From: Pirellula staleyi DSM 6068
GTDB lineage: Bacteria; Planctomycetota; Planctomycetia; Pirellulales; Pirellulaceae
DNA length: 32,000 bases
Direction of reading: 5' to 3'
NCBI GenBank assembly: GCA_000025185.1
Contig: CP001848.1
Location: 5,760,001 to 5,792,000, forward strand
Shown: positions 18,517 through 26,883 of the stretch, in pieces
How positions within the stretch are numbered: the first letter of the stretch is position 1
Layout: every line of letters begins with the position of its first letter
Program-made: the position numbers and the translations under genes
Notes under the pieces: model-generated
Told to the model about the DNA's origin: nothing
Seen by the model: the letters and a program-made list of their open reading frames with translations, nothing else
The model's database searches: none

Positions 18517-19331
18517 ACAAGCTCACTGCAGGCCAAATAGAATCGTCCTCTTACAGTAATTGGGATGAAATCGTCGGCAACAAACGACTTAAGCAAACGC
18601 TTCGCTCAATAGGCGAACGCATGGTCGGACCGACAAAAGCACTTGGATGTAACCTGCTAGTCACAGGCCAGTCACGCTCCGGAAAGACCTCGACAGTAGA
18701 ACTCTTCACATCAGCCGTTATGTGCAATAAATCGACCCCTGAAAACTTCCAGCCCTGCGGCGATTGCTACCCATGCTCGCAACAAGTCGGTCGACATAGC
18801 TTGCACGAAATTGACCACATTCTCGCTGGCGGCTTGGACCACGACATCTGCTTCTTGCCGCTCGATGGAAACCGATGTACCCAAGCAGAGTTAGACACCG
18901 CCATCGAGCAAATGAGTAGCGGCCCGAACTACCGCTGGATTTGCTACCTCGACGAAATCCAAGGGCTCGTTCGTCGTCATCTCGACCACCACCTGCTTCG
19001 CACTGTCGAACAATCAACACGTGTCAACTGGATCATGACAACCGCATCCACAAAAGGTCTCGACAAAATGTTCCGAAACCGATTCACAGAACTTTCTACT
19101 GAATTGCCGTCAGTAGAAGAGTTGGCGATATTTCTCGCAAAAAGATGCCTTACGCCGAGCATCAATATCGCCTGGGACGATAACAGCACCCTTGTGCGAC
19201 TGGCTCAACGGTGTGAGCAGGTGCCCGGAAAGGCTTTGAAATGCCTCGCCTTTGCAAGCTCGACAGGCGGAACACTCACGAGAGAACTAGTTGAAGATTT
19301 TATATTCGCTCCAGAAGACAACGACGAATAA
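18513..19331 (+). CDS. AAA+ ATPase of the clamp-loader type (DnaX/HolB/RFC-like) with a Cys-rich zinc module
   Basis: Colinear with the DnaX N-terminal domains: WDEIVGN (F.D..GQ), Walker A GQSRSGKTS, PCGDCYPC (PCGxCxxC zinc module), Walker B ICYLDEIQGL, LLRTVEQ...NWIMTT (LLKTLEEPP...F.LATT), NRF in place of the SRC motif, and PGKALKCL (GS.RDAL). Confidence 0.75.
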   Translation: MNKLTAGQIESSSYSNWDEIVGNKRLKQTLRSIGERMVGPTKALGCNLLVTGQSRSGKTSTVELFTSAVMCNKSTPENFQPCGDCYPCSQQVGRHSLHEIDHILAGGLDHDICFLPLDGNRCTQAELDTAIEQMSSGPNYRWICYLDEIQGLVRRHLDHHLLRTVEQSTRVNWIMTTASTKGLDKMFRNRFTELSTELPSVEELAIFLAKRCLTPSINIAWDDNSTLVRLAQRCEQVPGKALKCLAFASSTGGTLTRELVEDFIFAPEDNDE

Positions 19332-19417
19332 CACAAACAATGTGTTTATGAGTTACTACTGATCGCTCTCCTAACAACAATGTAGCCCCAAAGGAGCTTG
19401 GGGTGTACTCCAAGCTC

Positions 19418-20401
19418 TCACGCTGGGGTGGTTAGACTGCAAACCAGAAAACCGCTCCAGTGTGTACATATGCATACGCGTGTTCCGCTACACTTAAACA
19501 AGTAACAGATCACCATAGATTGGAAACTGCCCTGCTGAACTCTTGGAGTGTGAATTGTTGTGATGCTAACGTCGCAGGGCGTAAGCGAGTACCCGAAGGG
19601 CTGCTTCACAGAATAGGCATGCCGTTTTTTCGTGCCTGCAGAATACTTCCCCTCGTTCGTTTCAAACCACTCATATAAGCCTCCACTTTCCATCGCACGG
19701 TAAAGCTTTGAGACTTCAGATACTCGGGGGTCATTTGTGATCGATAGTGACCATTCTAGCCAGCGTCGGCTCGATGAACTGCTGATGTTATGATGCTTTT
19801 AGTAGTCCACAGCTCATTGCAAAAGCGAAGCACCCATTCGGCATCATAACCAGCGATCGCATGGACCAACGGAGGCTTTCTCATAGGGGCACTCTTCATC
19901 AATAGTTCCAAAGCATCGGCTTTTCGTTGGTCGGCCCCCACCTAAACACAGCATCGACTGGAAGCAAGCTGCCGCAGAGAACCGCCACAGAAATCTTGAC
20001 ATAGCGATGTCGATGGCGTTGCGAACGAGCCTGAAAATGAATGCTGGCCGCTGTCGCCTATAACCCCGTGAAGTCGATCGCTACTGGTTAGCCTGACTGC
20101 GAGAACTCTTTCGCCACGTCGGCCAAAATGGCATCGACAATCTCCAGCACATTGGATCGATCTGCGAAATGCTTGAGGGTTGTGTGGTGAGGCAATCGCT
20201 GAAGCCTGAGCCTCTCTTGCAAGGGAGGCGAAGCCTCCAGAAACTCAACACCCCTCGACAGGTGGTTTTGAGACAAGCCCTTAATATTGAATAGGCCATC
20301 AGCCGGGGCTGTGTTAACTTAAGCGGACTTTCAACGCACGAGTAGGGCTGCATATACTTTACTGACAGCCTAAGCCCAACCTGGCAGCCCTGAGAATTCA
20401 T
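19418..20401 (-). pseudogene. DDE transposase remnant (IS4/IS5-superfamily-like), multiply frameshifted
   Basis: My translations of different minus-strand frames give colinear pieces: TQPRLMAYSILRACLKTT.RGV / VEFLEASPPLQERLRLQRLPHHTTLKHFADR (N-terminal DNA-binding region); IGDSGQHSFSGSF (first D region); GPDQRKADALELL...LVHAIAGYDAEWVLRFCNE (second D, A-GYD); FTVRWKVEAYMSGLKRTRGSILQARK (Y.QRW.VE...S.LKR..GS.L.AR, the E region). Stops and frame changes lie between the pieces. Confidence 0.6.
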
Positions 20402-20898
20402 CTATTGTAAGTCGTCATCGCCTCGTTTTTGGGTTATCAATTACAGTCGTCAATATAACTTCAGCAGGGCAAAGGCCTATCTACACTGAATACCCCGAAG
20501 GAAACTGATACCTAAAGAGCCAGAAGTGGGTAAAGAATGCGCCGCTCCTGCTGCGCGATCAACAAATCGACCACTTTACATCCTCCCCGTGCCTAAACGG
20601 ACGTGGCTTTTTTGCACATGGCAATACCACTTGCAGCCGAATGCGGCTGTAGGATTATGCGGTAGAAGTCCTCCAGACATGTCACCCTATACTTCCAGGC
20701 GGCATGGACCTTAAAGAGCGAGACCCAAGACGCTCATCCTTTGCCCCCCTTTTCTGTGCACAGTTCCGAATCACTTCCCAGAGACACTTTGAACTGCGAA
20801 GTATGAAATTTGGCAAATGCAATATCGCGATATTACGATTTGAAACTATTGTTTATTCATAATGTTTACGACGACTGTGTGACTAAGGAGCTTCTAGG

Positions 20899-21282
20899 AT
20901 GACCATTGACGACACATGCCCTGTTTACAAAGCCGACGACCAAGAGCACAACGGGGCTTCATTTCAAATCAGTAGACTCGTACATAGCCGGTTAGACGCA
21001 AGTCGCCTGCTCGCTCCAATTCGCTACTGGGCCTATTTAACTGAGATGGAATCCAAAGGAGAAGAGCTAGAGCAGATTCTTTCAAATTGGGATAGCCCTA
21101 GTTTCGTGGAGTTGGCAAAGCGAGCAGATACAATTTTGGACGAACTCGATAGAATTTGGACGAGTGGCGACGACGGCGTTGACATGATGGACCTAGGAGA
21201 GCTCCGCGTCCCTCTGTATGCGCTGACGACAGCAATCCATAACCGGTGCTCTCAGCTGCGGGCTGACCAAGCAAAGCAGTAG
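20899..21282 (+). CDS. Hypothetical small acidic protein (127 aa)
   Basis: A strong RBS, aaggag, lies 8 nt upstream of the ATG (20885-20890). I counted 23 Asp+Glu against 13 Lys+Arg. No recognisable motif. Confidence 0.55.
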   Translation: MTIDDTCPVYKADDQEHNGASFQISRLVHSRLDASRLLAPIRYWAYLTEMESKGEELEQILSNWDSPSFVELAKRADTILDELDRIWTSGDDGVDMMDLGELRVPLYALTTAIHNRCSQLRADQAKQ

Positions 21283-21617
21283 TCGGAGGACCTCAGCCGG
21301 ATAACGTTTACTTACACCCCCTGTACGCTTCACCAAATCACCAGCTGGAATTTGTGCGGGCAGGGAGGGGGCCATATTTGAACTCAACGATCTTCTTGAT
21401 ATGGTTGCAGCATTTGGACACAGATCGGAGAGCCAACGTGAGTCGAAAGAAGAGGATATCCGGCGAGAACTCGCCCTACCGCCGCAGCACAGTCAGCTGG
21501 CCCACAATGCCGACATAACTTGCAATTCTTGCTTTAGAACAACCTAAAATTTCACAGTACAAGAATACGAAAGTCCTCCTCAATCAATGCTCAACCAAAA
21601 TAGAACACATCGACAAC

Positions 21618-22073
21618 ATGAAAACAGAAGAAACAGTGCATATTGCACTTCAGGAACCCAACTTCAATGACCTCGCGTGGTCAACACTTGCAACTTTATT
21701 TCGCCTTCCCGACGAGTTCAATCCTGGTGAAGACGAGAAAATTTCAGACGGATTTCAGTTTCTAGTCAGCCGCCAGAGTCCAATTAGGCTTGAGAATGCC
21801 TACGCAAACCCGCTTGGGGTAATTTACTCAAGCACTTTGAACGAACGTTTTCTTAGGGTGGCTCGCCGCCTTCAAAGCAAGTGGTTTTCGCAATTCAATT
21901 CCACTTTATTTTCGGCCGGGCGTGTAAAACGCGCCGTCGATGAGATGTCGCCTATTATTCGGCAATTGACCTTTACGGGTGTCATGATCTGCAATGGCCG
22001 ACATGTGTATCCTAATCACTGGCCGGATGCAATGACAAAACAATGGCAGACCTACTCGCGCAAGCGTCGCTAG
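21618..22073 (+). CDS. Hypothetical protein (151 aa)
   Basis: Clean ATG-initiated ORF on the same strand as its neighbours, with no competing ORF. No RBS is obvious and no motif was recognised. Confidence 0.5.
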   Translation: MKTEETVHIALQEPNFNDLAWSTLATLFRLPDEFNPGEDEKISDGFQFLVSRQSPIRLENAYANPLGVIYSSTLNERFLRVARRLQSKWFSQFNSTLFSAGRVKRAVDEMSPIIRQLTFTGVMICNGRHVYPNHWPDAMTKQWQTYSRKRR

Positions 22074-22536
22074 AAAGGAAGGTGTGGTACTCCAGTTAGT
22101 GTCGACCTTCGGTTATCGCCTATTGATCAGGCGATTCACAAATACGATCTCATTATCGCACTTTAATTGTGCGCTGAGTGAGCATTTCTCAAGTTCACCA
22201 ATGAGCTTGGGCGAATCTCACAAAAATATTTTTGATGATAATGCAGCAGAAAAAGAAGAAACAGAAATACTAGAACTAACAACAACAAATACTACTGAAG
22301 ATAACATACTAAAATGACTATTAGACTATAGAGATACTACTACTACTTAATCACACTAGTGATAGCATGTAACGAGAGCATAGATGAATCGCAATCATGA
22401 CATCGATTAAAGGAGTTTACCACAAAACAAGACATGCTTAACCGAACCACCGTAGGTGGCTAGAGGAGCTTGCAAGTCTTCGTGCGGGTAACGAATTCAG
22501 GTGACGATCTGATTCGTACTTTCATGGAGACTTGTA

Positions 22537-23520
22537 ATGGCTCACAATCTGGCAACTACCAACGGCAAAGTAGCGACGATGTTCTTTGGTGAGGTTCCTT
22601 GGCATCGCCTTGGAACCCGCCTGGAGAATCCAGCTACCGCGAGCGAAGCGATCACGGCTGCTGGACTCGATTACGAAGTCGAACTCAAACAACTTTTCAC
22701 CGGTGATGGAACTTTCGTTCCGCACCGCAAAGGAGTTGTGCGATCCGACAACGGTGAAGTGCTGGGAGCCGTCGGAAACACCTATGTTCCCGTCCAGAAC
22801 CGCCAGGCGTTTGGCTTTCTCGACGCAGTGGTTGCCGATGGCAGCCTACGGTATCACACTGCCGGTGCGCTGGGCAAAGGTGAACGGATCTGGCTACTCG
22901 CTAAACTGCCATCACAAATCCGCGTAAAAAACTCCGATGACTTAGTCGACAAATTCCTACTGCTGAGCAACGCTCACGATGGCTCCTCAGCCCTTCGTGT
23001 CTACTTCACGCCGATTCGAGTCGTTTGCCAGAACACGCTAAACCTGGCTGACAATCGCTCAACTGGTCAGGGAATCTCAATCTTGCACAAAGGAAACCTG
23101 CATACCAAAATCCGCGAAGCTCAGCGAGTACTGGGGCTGGCAGAAGAATTCTACGACGAAGCCGAAGGGATCATCGACATCCTGGCTAGTCACCACCCTT
23201 CGTCCGTGCAGGTCGAAGCCTTCTTCCAGTCAGTCATCCCTGACCCCATCGGTGCCGACAATGCTCGTGCTCGCAAGGTACGTGATCGTCTCACCTGCCT
23301 GTTCGAAACCGGCATCGGCCAAGATATGCCAGAGATTAAGGGTACCTCCTGGGCAGCGTACAACGCGGTCACCGAGTTCGTCGATCACCACCGCCCAACA
23401 CGGTCAACCGATCCTCTAGAGCGTGCCAGTCGCCGCCTGGATTCATCATGGTTCGGCAGCGGTGCCCGACTGAAGGCCAAAGCCTGGAACCTCGCCTTCG
23501 ACATGGCCCTTTCCGTGTAG
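22537..23520 (+). CDS. DUF932 (DUF945/TIGR03299-type) phage/plasmid-like protein
   Basis: Family-typical strings in order: FGEVPWHRLGT, VVRSDNGEVLGAVGNTYVPVQNRQAFGFLD, GALGKGERIWLLAKL, LLLSNAHDGSSALRVYFTPIRVVCQNTL. ggag lies 9 nt upstream of the ATG. Confidence 0.85.
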   Translation: MAHNLATTNGKVATMFFGEVPWHRLGTRLENPATASEAITAAGLDYEVELKQLFTGDGTFVPHRKGVVRSDNGEVLGAVGNTYVPVQNRQAFGFLDAVVADGSLRYHTAGALGKGERIWLLAKLPSQIRVKNSDDLVDKFLLLSNAHDGSSALRVYFTPIRVVCQNTLNLADNRSTGQGISILHKGNLHTKIREAQRVLGLAEEFYDEAEGIIDILASHHPSSVQVEAFFQSVIPDPIGADNARARKVRDRLTCLFETGIGQDMPEIKGTSWAAYNAVTEFVDHHRPTRSTDPLERASRRLDSSWFGSGARLKAKAWNLAFDMALSV

Positions 23521-24038
23521 GCGGTCTTCTGAGCATTTCAAACAATGACTCATCACATAGCACACTGGTCGGTGAAAGAGCAGGCTCGGAACGTATTTAC
23601 ACTCACCGGAGGTTCAGAGCCAAGACGACTGGACGGCTATTTAAACTTTTCTGGCCAGGGTCGGAGTTGGGACGCAGGACTGCGACGCACCTAACCCACT
23701 ACAAATCCCAACAGTATTCCATCAGCTACCGGTGCGGAGATCACAGAGGGTCCGGAGAGAAAAACCACATCTGACTAGTCCATGTCGAAATCGATTGACG
23801 CCACTACCCAAAGTTTAGAGACCATTTCCCCAATCTTGTGACTTTCTGCTCCGTCGAAAACCTGGCCCAAGAGTTCTATGGAATTCCCTACGAACGCTAC
23901 GCTCCAGCCCGAAGACAACTCCTCAACATCTGACGAGCCGTAAATCAGGCTCGGCGAGCCGCAGAATTCTCCAGAATTCCCGTCGAAGTCATCCCATTAG
24001 GACGCCGTATTGTGCGACCGTATTACAACGCGAGAATA

Positions 24039-25112
24039 TCACGGCAGTACCCCCGCTTCTTTGCAGGCTTTCAGAAAGGGTCGCTTGAGAAAGTTTACTT
24101 CGGCCCACGGATTCGAATTGGCGTTTTGTTCGATCTTGTCGATGATCTCCTGGGGCGTCATTCTGCCATTTGCACATTCATCAACAGCCTGAACGAGCCA
24201 GTATTTTCCGTCGTTTTTAGCACAAATCTTAGCCTTGTAACGCTCTTCGATTCCGAACACATCCATCCATGACTCAAGTTCCTCATCTCGGCCGGGCGAA
24301 CTGACAGTCAGCGTAATGTCGGACGGTATCAGTTTGTCGACTTCAGCTGACGCAATTGTCATGTTGATAGTGATACTAGGAGCAACGTTCGCAAAGCTGA
24401 AAAACGCCTTCCGGCGCCTTCCTCCTGTGGCCTTGTGAATTGGATCGATATGCCGCAGCGGATTCTTTTGCAGCTTGAAGCTGGAGTTGCATTCGTGGCA
24501 CATAGGTGCCAGATTTTTGAAATTCACCGAGTTGAACGGGTATGTGCCCTTGGGGAGAAAGTGATCGTAGGCTTCTCTCTTGTTGTGATGCTGTCCCTTG
24601 ATGTCGTTGTAGCCGCAATAGGGACATTTGCCTTCGTCGTTTGCTGTCACAAAGGCTTTGTAGTGAGCGTCGATCTCAGCTGTTCTGCTTGTGACAGCCT
24701 TTAGGTGAATGATGTCCTGGAACAGGCTCTTGCAGAATTTCTTTAACTCACTTTCCAGATTGTTGTTGAGCGACTTTATCTCGGCATACGTTCCTGGCAT
24801 TTTCTGAGGTTCGTTTCCGCAGAGGGCTTCGATATCGTTGTTGTGGTCATACCACTGGCTCACTTGGTCTCGCTGATCCGAATCCAGTTGATCCTGAAAA
24901 ATCGCGTCAATAATCTTGATTGGGCCGTCAAGGTGATCCTTAGTCAAGCTGTCATCGTTCGCGATCTCTTCGACTACAGCTTTCAAATCTGGGTGAAGCA
25001 GGCTGAGCGAGTACTCTCCGCCATTACGGCACCAGACTTTTTTGACGAGGTGGTCCAACCAGACCTGGAACTTCTCAATGTCGTGATTCACATAGCGATA
25101 ATTGAAGAGCAT
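24039..25112 (-). CDS. HNH nuclease-domain protein (357 aa), last gene of the R-M operon
   Basis: C163-P-Y-C166 ... Y-D183-H184-FLPK ... N200-L ... C205-H-E-C208-N-S-S-F-K. This is a CxxC/CxxC zinc-finger HNH core. It is flanked by an unassigned ~160-aa N-terminal region and a ~137-aa C-terminal region. The start lies 4 nt after the ATPase stop. Confidence 0.8.
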   Translation of the reverse strand: MLFNYRYVNHDIEKFQVWLDHLVKKVWCRNGGEYSLSLLHPDLKAVVEEIANDDSLTKDHLDGPIKIIDAIFQDQLDSDQRDQVSQWYDHNNDIEALCGNEPQKMPGTYAEIKSLNNNLESELKKFCKSLFQDIIHLKAVTSRTAEIDAHYKAFVTANDEGKCPYCGYNDIKGQHHNKREAYDHFLPKGTYPFNSVNFKNLAPMCHECNSSFKLQKNPLRHIDPIHKATGGRRRKAFFSFANVAPSITINMTIASAEVDKLIPSDITLTVSSPGRDEELESWMDVFGIEERYKAKICAKNDGKYWLVQAVDECANGRMTPQEIIDKIEQNANSNPWAEVNFLKRPFLKACKEAGVLP

Positions 25113-25116
25113 GACG

Positions 25117-26883
25117 CTATTTTCCCTCCTTCTTCTTAATCGCCTGATTCACAAAAAGGACCTTCTCAACAGAGTCGCCGAGTTCCTTGCCTGCCTCTTT
25201 AATAAGCACGTCGGGGTCTTCGCCTTCTTCAAGACGCTTGCGTAAGGCATTAAGTGTTGACATCGCATAATCGCCGATGGTTTCGATTTGACCGAAGACC
25301 TTCATTGTAATTGCGTTTGCCGAAGCGCCAAACGTCTCAAAATCCGGCCTTTGCCAAGTTACAGCCTGGGTTTCGGGATTCGTGGCGAAGACGAGAACGT
25401 TCTCCTTGCGGCAATCCGAAATGATGAACGGAGAATGAGATGTCAGAAGAACTTCCCGCATCACGTTCTTCGTGGCGGCGTCGGCTTCCAAGGCGGCTCG
25501 CAGGGTTGAGATGTACGATGCTCGCCAATCGGGGTTGAGGTGGGTTTCTGGCTCGTCGAGCAGGAAGAGTGCGGATTCATGGCGATAGAGCAGACACAGT
25601 CCGATGGTATGCAGGAACTGGTGTTCGCCATCGGAAAGGGATTTGATGTAGAGTGGTCCCGTGACACCATCCTTGATCAGTTCACCTTCTTTGAAGCGGG
25701 TTATTCGTTCATGCGATGCCGGCGTGGAAATTGTCTCGTTTACGTAGAGGCTAGATGACTGGTACAGTTCGTCCTTGGTCTCTTCGGCAACCAAATAGTT
25801 ATTGAGTGTAAGTAGTATCTGAAACGATTGAAATAGGTTGAGTGCGGACTTAGCTTTGTCGACTTCTGGCGATTCCCCGGATGCTTCTCCGAAGTGAACC
25901 TGAAAGGCGCGCTTTGTGGCATCGTTGACCCAGTAGTCTAAATACAGGTCGTACCCTTCGCCATCCTCATAGGAGGAATAGTCCTCGAAATAGGCGGTTG
26001 AGCATTGGGTAAGTTTGTCGATTAAGGCAGACAGCTTTGAGGTTAGCTCCACCGATTGTCCGGCAGAGGGTTCCTCTTGTGTTTCTGAATGCGTCTTCAA
26101 GTACTCTTCTATCAATGGATACCGGTGGTGTCGCCGGATGATGATACGGAACCTTTGAATTCCCCGTAGGCCGACTTTCTCCTCGAATACTCGAATTACG
26201 GGAGCGCTAGGAAACAAAAAGTGGCATATGAGAATCGCCTGGCTGAACTGCTCATCCAAGTAAACCATTCGACCTTCCGGACGTGAGTAATGATCGTCCA
26301 TTACAACTTTGGCACGGTATTCGTCGAAGTGAATGAACCGCATCTTGAAAAACGGCAAGCTCAGAATCTCATTGCGTCCCGACGAATATCCTAGGATAAA
26401 CCGAGGGAGTACAGACTTCACTTCGTTCCGCACTAGGCTCTTGTAGTCATCGTTCTTAAACTCCTTTTCGTTTAGCCACAGTACTTCGGGCTTGGTGTTC
26501 GCCTTTTTAACAATACGGATTCGGCAAGGCCTCTCATTCCCTTGGCTGTTCGGAGCAATCTGACTGAGAAACGAGATGGGAATGAAGTATTCCAGTTCAA
26601 ATGCATCTGGTGTACAGGATTCCGCCCGGAAGGCATCGGGGTTAGTTTCTTTGTCGTATTCAAATCCCTCGGGACGATATTCGAGATGGATGCATTCGAT
26701 GTGGTAAAAGATGGCAACCAAGGCTTCGAGGACATTAGATTTGCCGCTGCCATTACGACCGGCGAAACAGTACGGGTGGAATTCGAAGCAGCGGTCAAAG
26801 TCCCAATCGCGCAGGAAGTCGATCTCGAAGCCTGCGGGGAGGCTGCGAAAGGGGACATCTAGCTTGAGTCGAATTAGTTTCAT
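25117..26883 (-). CDS. ABC/SMC-type (AAA_15/21-like) ATPase, restriction-system-associated
   Basis: Walker A GRNGSGKS (aa 42-49), signature-like LSDGEHQ (416-422), Walker B LFLLDEPETHLNP (439-451), H-loop TSHSPF (481-486). A ~365-aa insert separates Walker A from the signature motif. The ATG overlaps the hsdS stop (ATGA at 26880-26883). Confidence 0.85.
   Translation of the reverse strand: MKLIRLKLDVPFRSLPAGFEIDFLRDWDFDRCFEFHPYCFAGRNGSGKSNVLEALVAIFYHIECIHLEYRPEGFEYDKETNPDAFRAESCTPDAFELEYFIPISFLSQIAPNSQGNERPCRIRIVKKANTKPEVLWLNEKEFKNDDYKSLVRNEVKSVLPRFILGYSSGRNEILSLPFFKMRFIHFDEYRAKVVMDDHYSRPEGRMVYLDEQFSQAILICHFLFPSAPVIRVFEEKVGLRGIQRFRIIIRRHHRYPLIEEYLKTHSETQEEPSAGQSVELTSKLSALIDKLTQCSTAYFEDYSSYEDGEGYDLYLDYWVNDATKRAFQVHFGEASGESPEVDKAKSALNLFQSFQILLTLNNYLVAEETKDELYQSSSLYVNETISTPASHERITRFKEGELIKDGVTGPLYIKSLSDGEHQFLHTIGLCLLYRHESALFLLDEPETHLNPDWRASYISTLRAALEADAATKNVMREVLLTSHSPFIISDCRKENVLVFATNPETQAVTWQRPDFETFGASANAITMKVFGQIETIGDYAMSTLNALRKRLEEGEDPDVLIKEAGKELGDSVEKVLFVNQAIKKKEGK

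Noticed and set aside
22084-22317. 77-aa GTG-initiated ORF
   Set aside because: It lies in the ~30% GC low-complexity tract, its C-terminal half is compositionally biased, and it has no RBS. I treat it as probably non-coding (see the AT-rich tract finding).
23521-24038. Short ORF fragments in the convergent spacer, for example a 33-aa ORF, a 19-aa ORF and VTFCSVENLAQEFYGIPYERYAPARRQLLNI, plus the doubled gaattc motif near 23966-23982
   Set aside because: The fragments are too short and interrupted to support any gene call. They may be gene debris. The gaattc pair is a short direct repeat, not a true hairpin.
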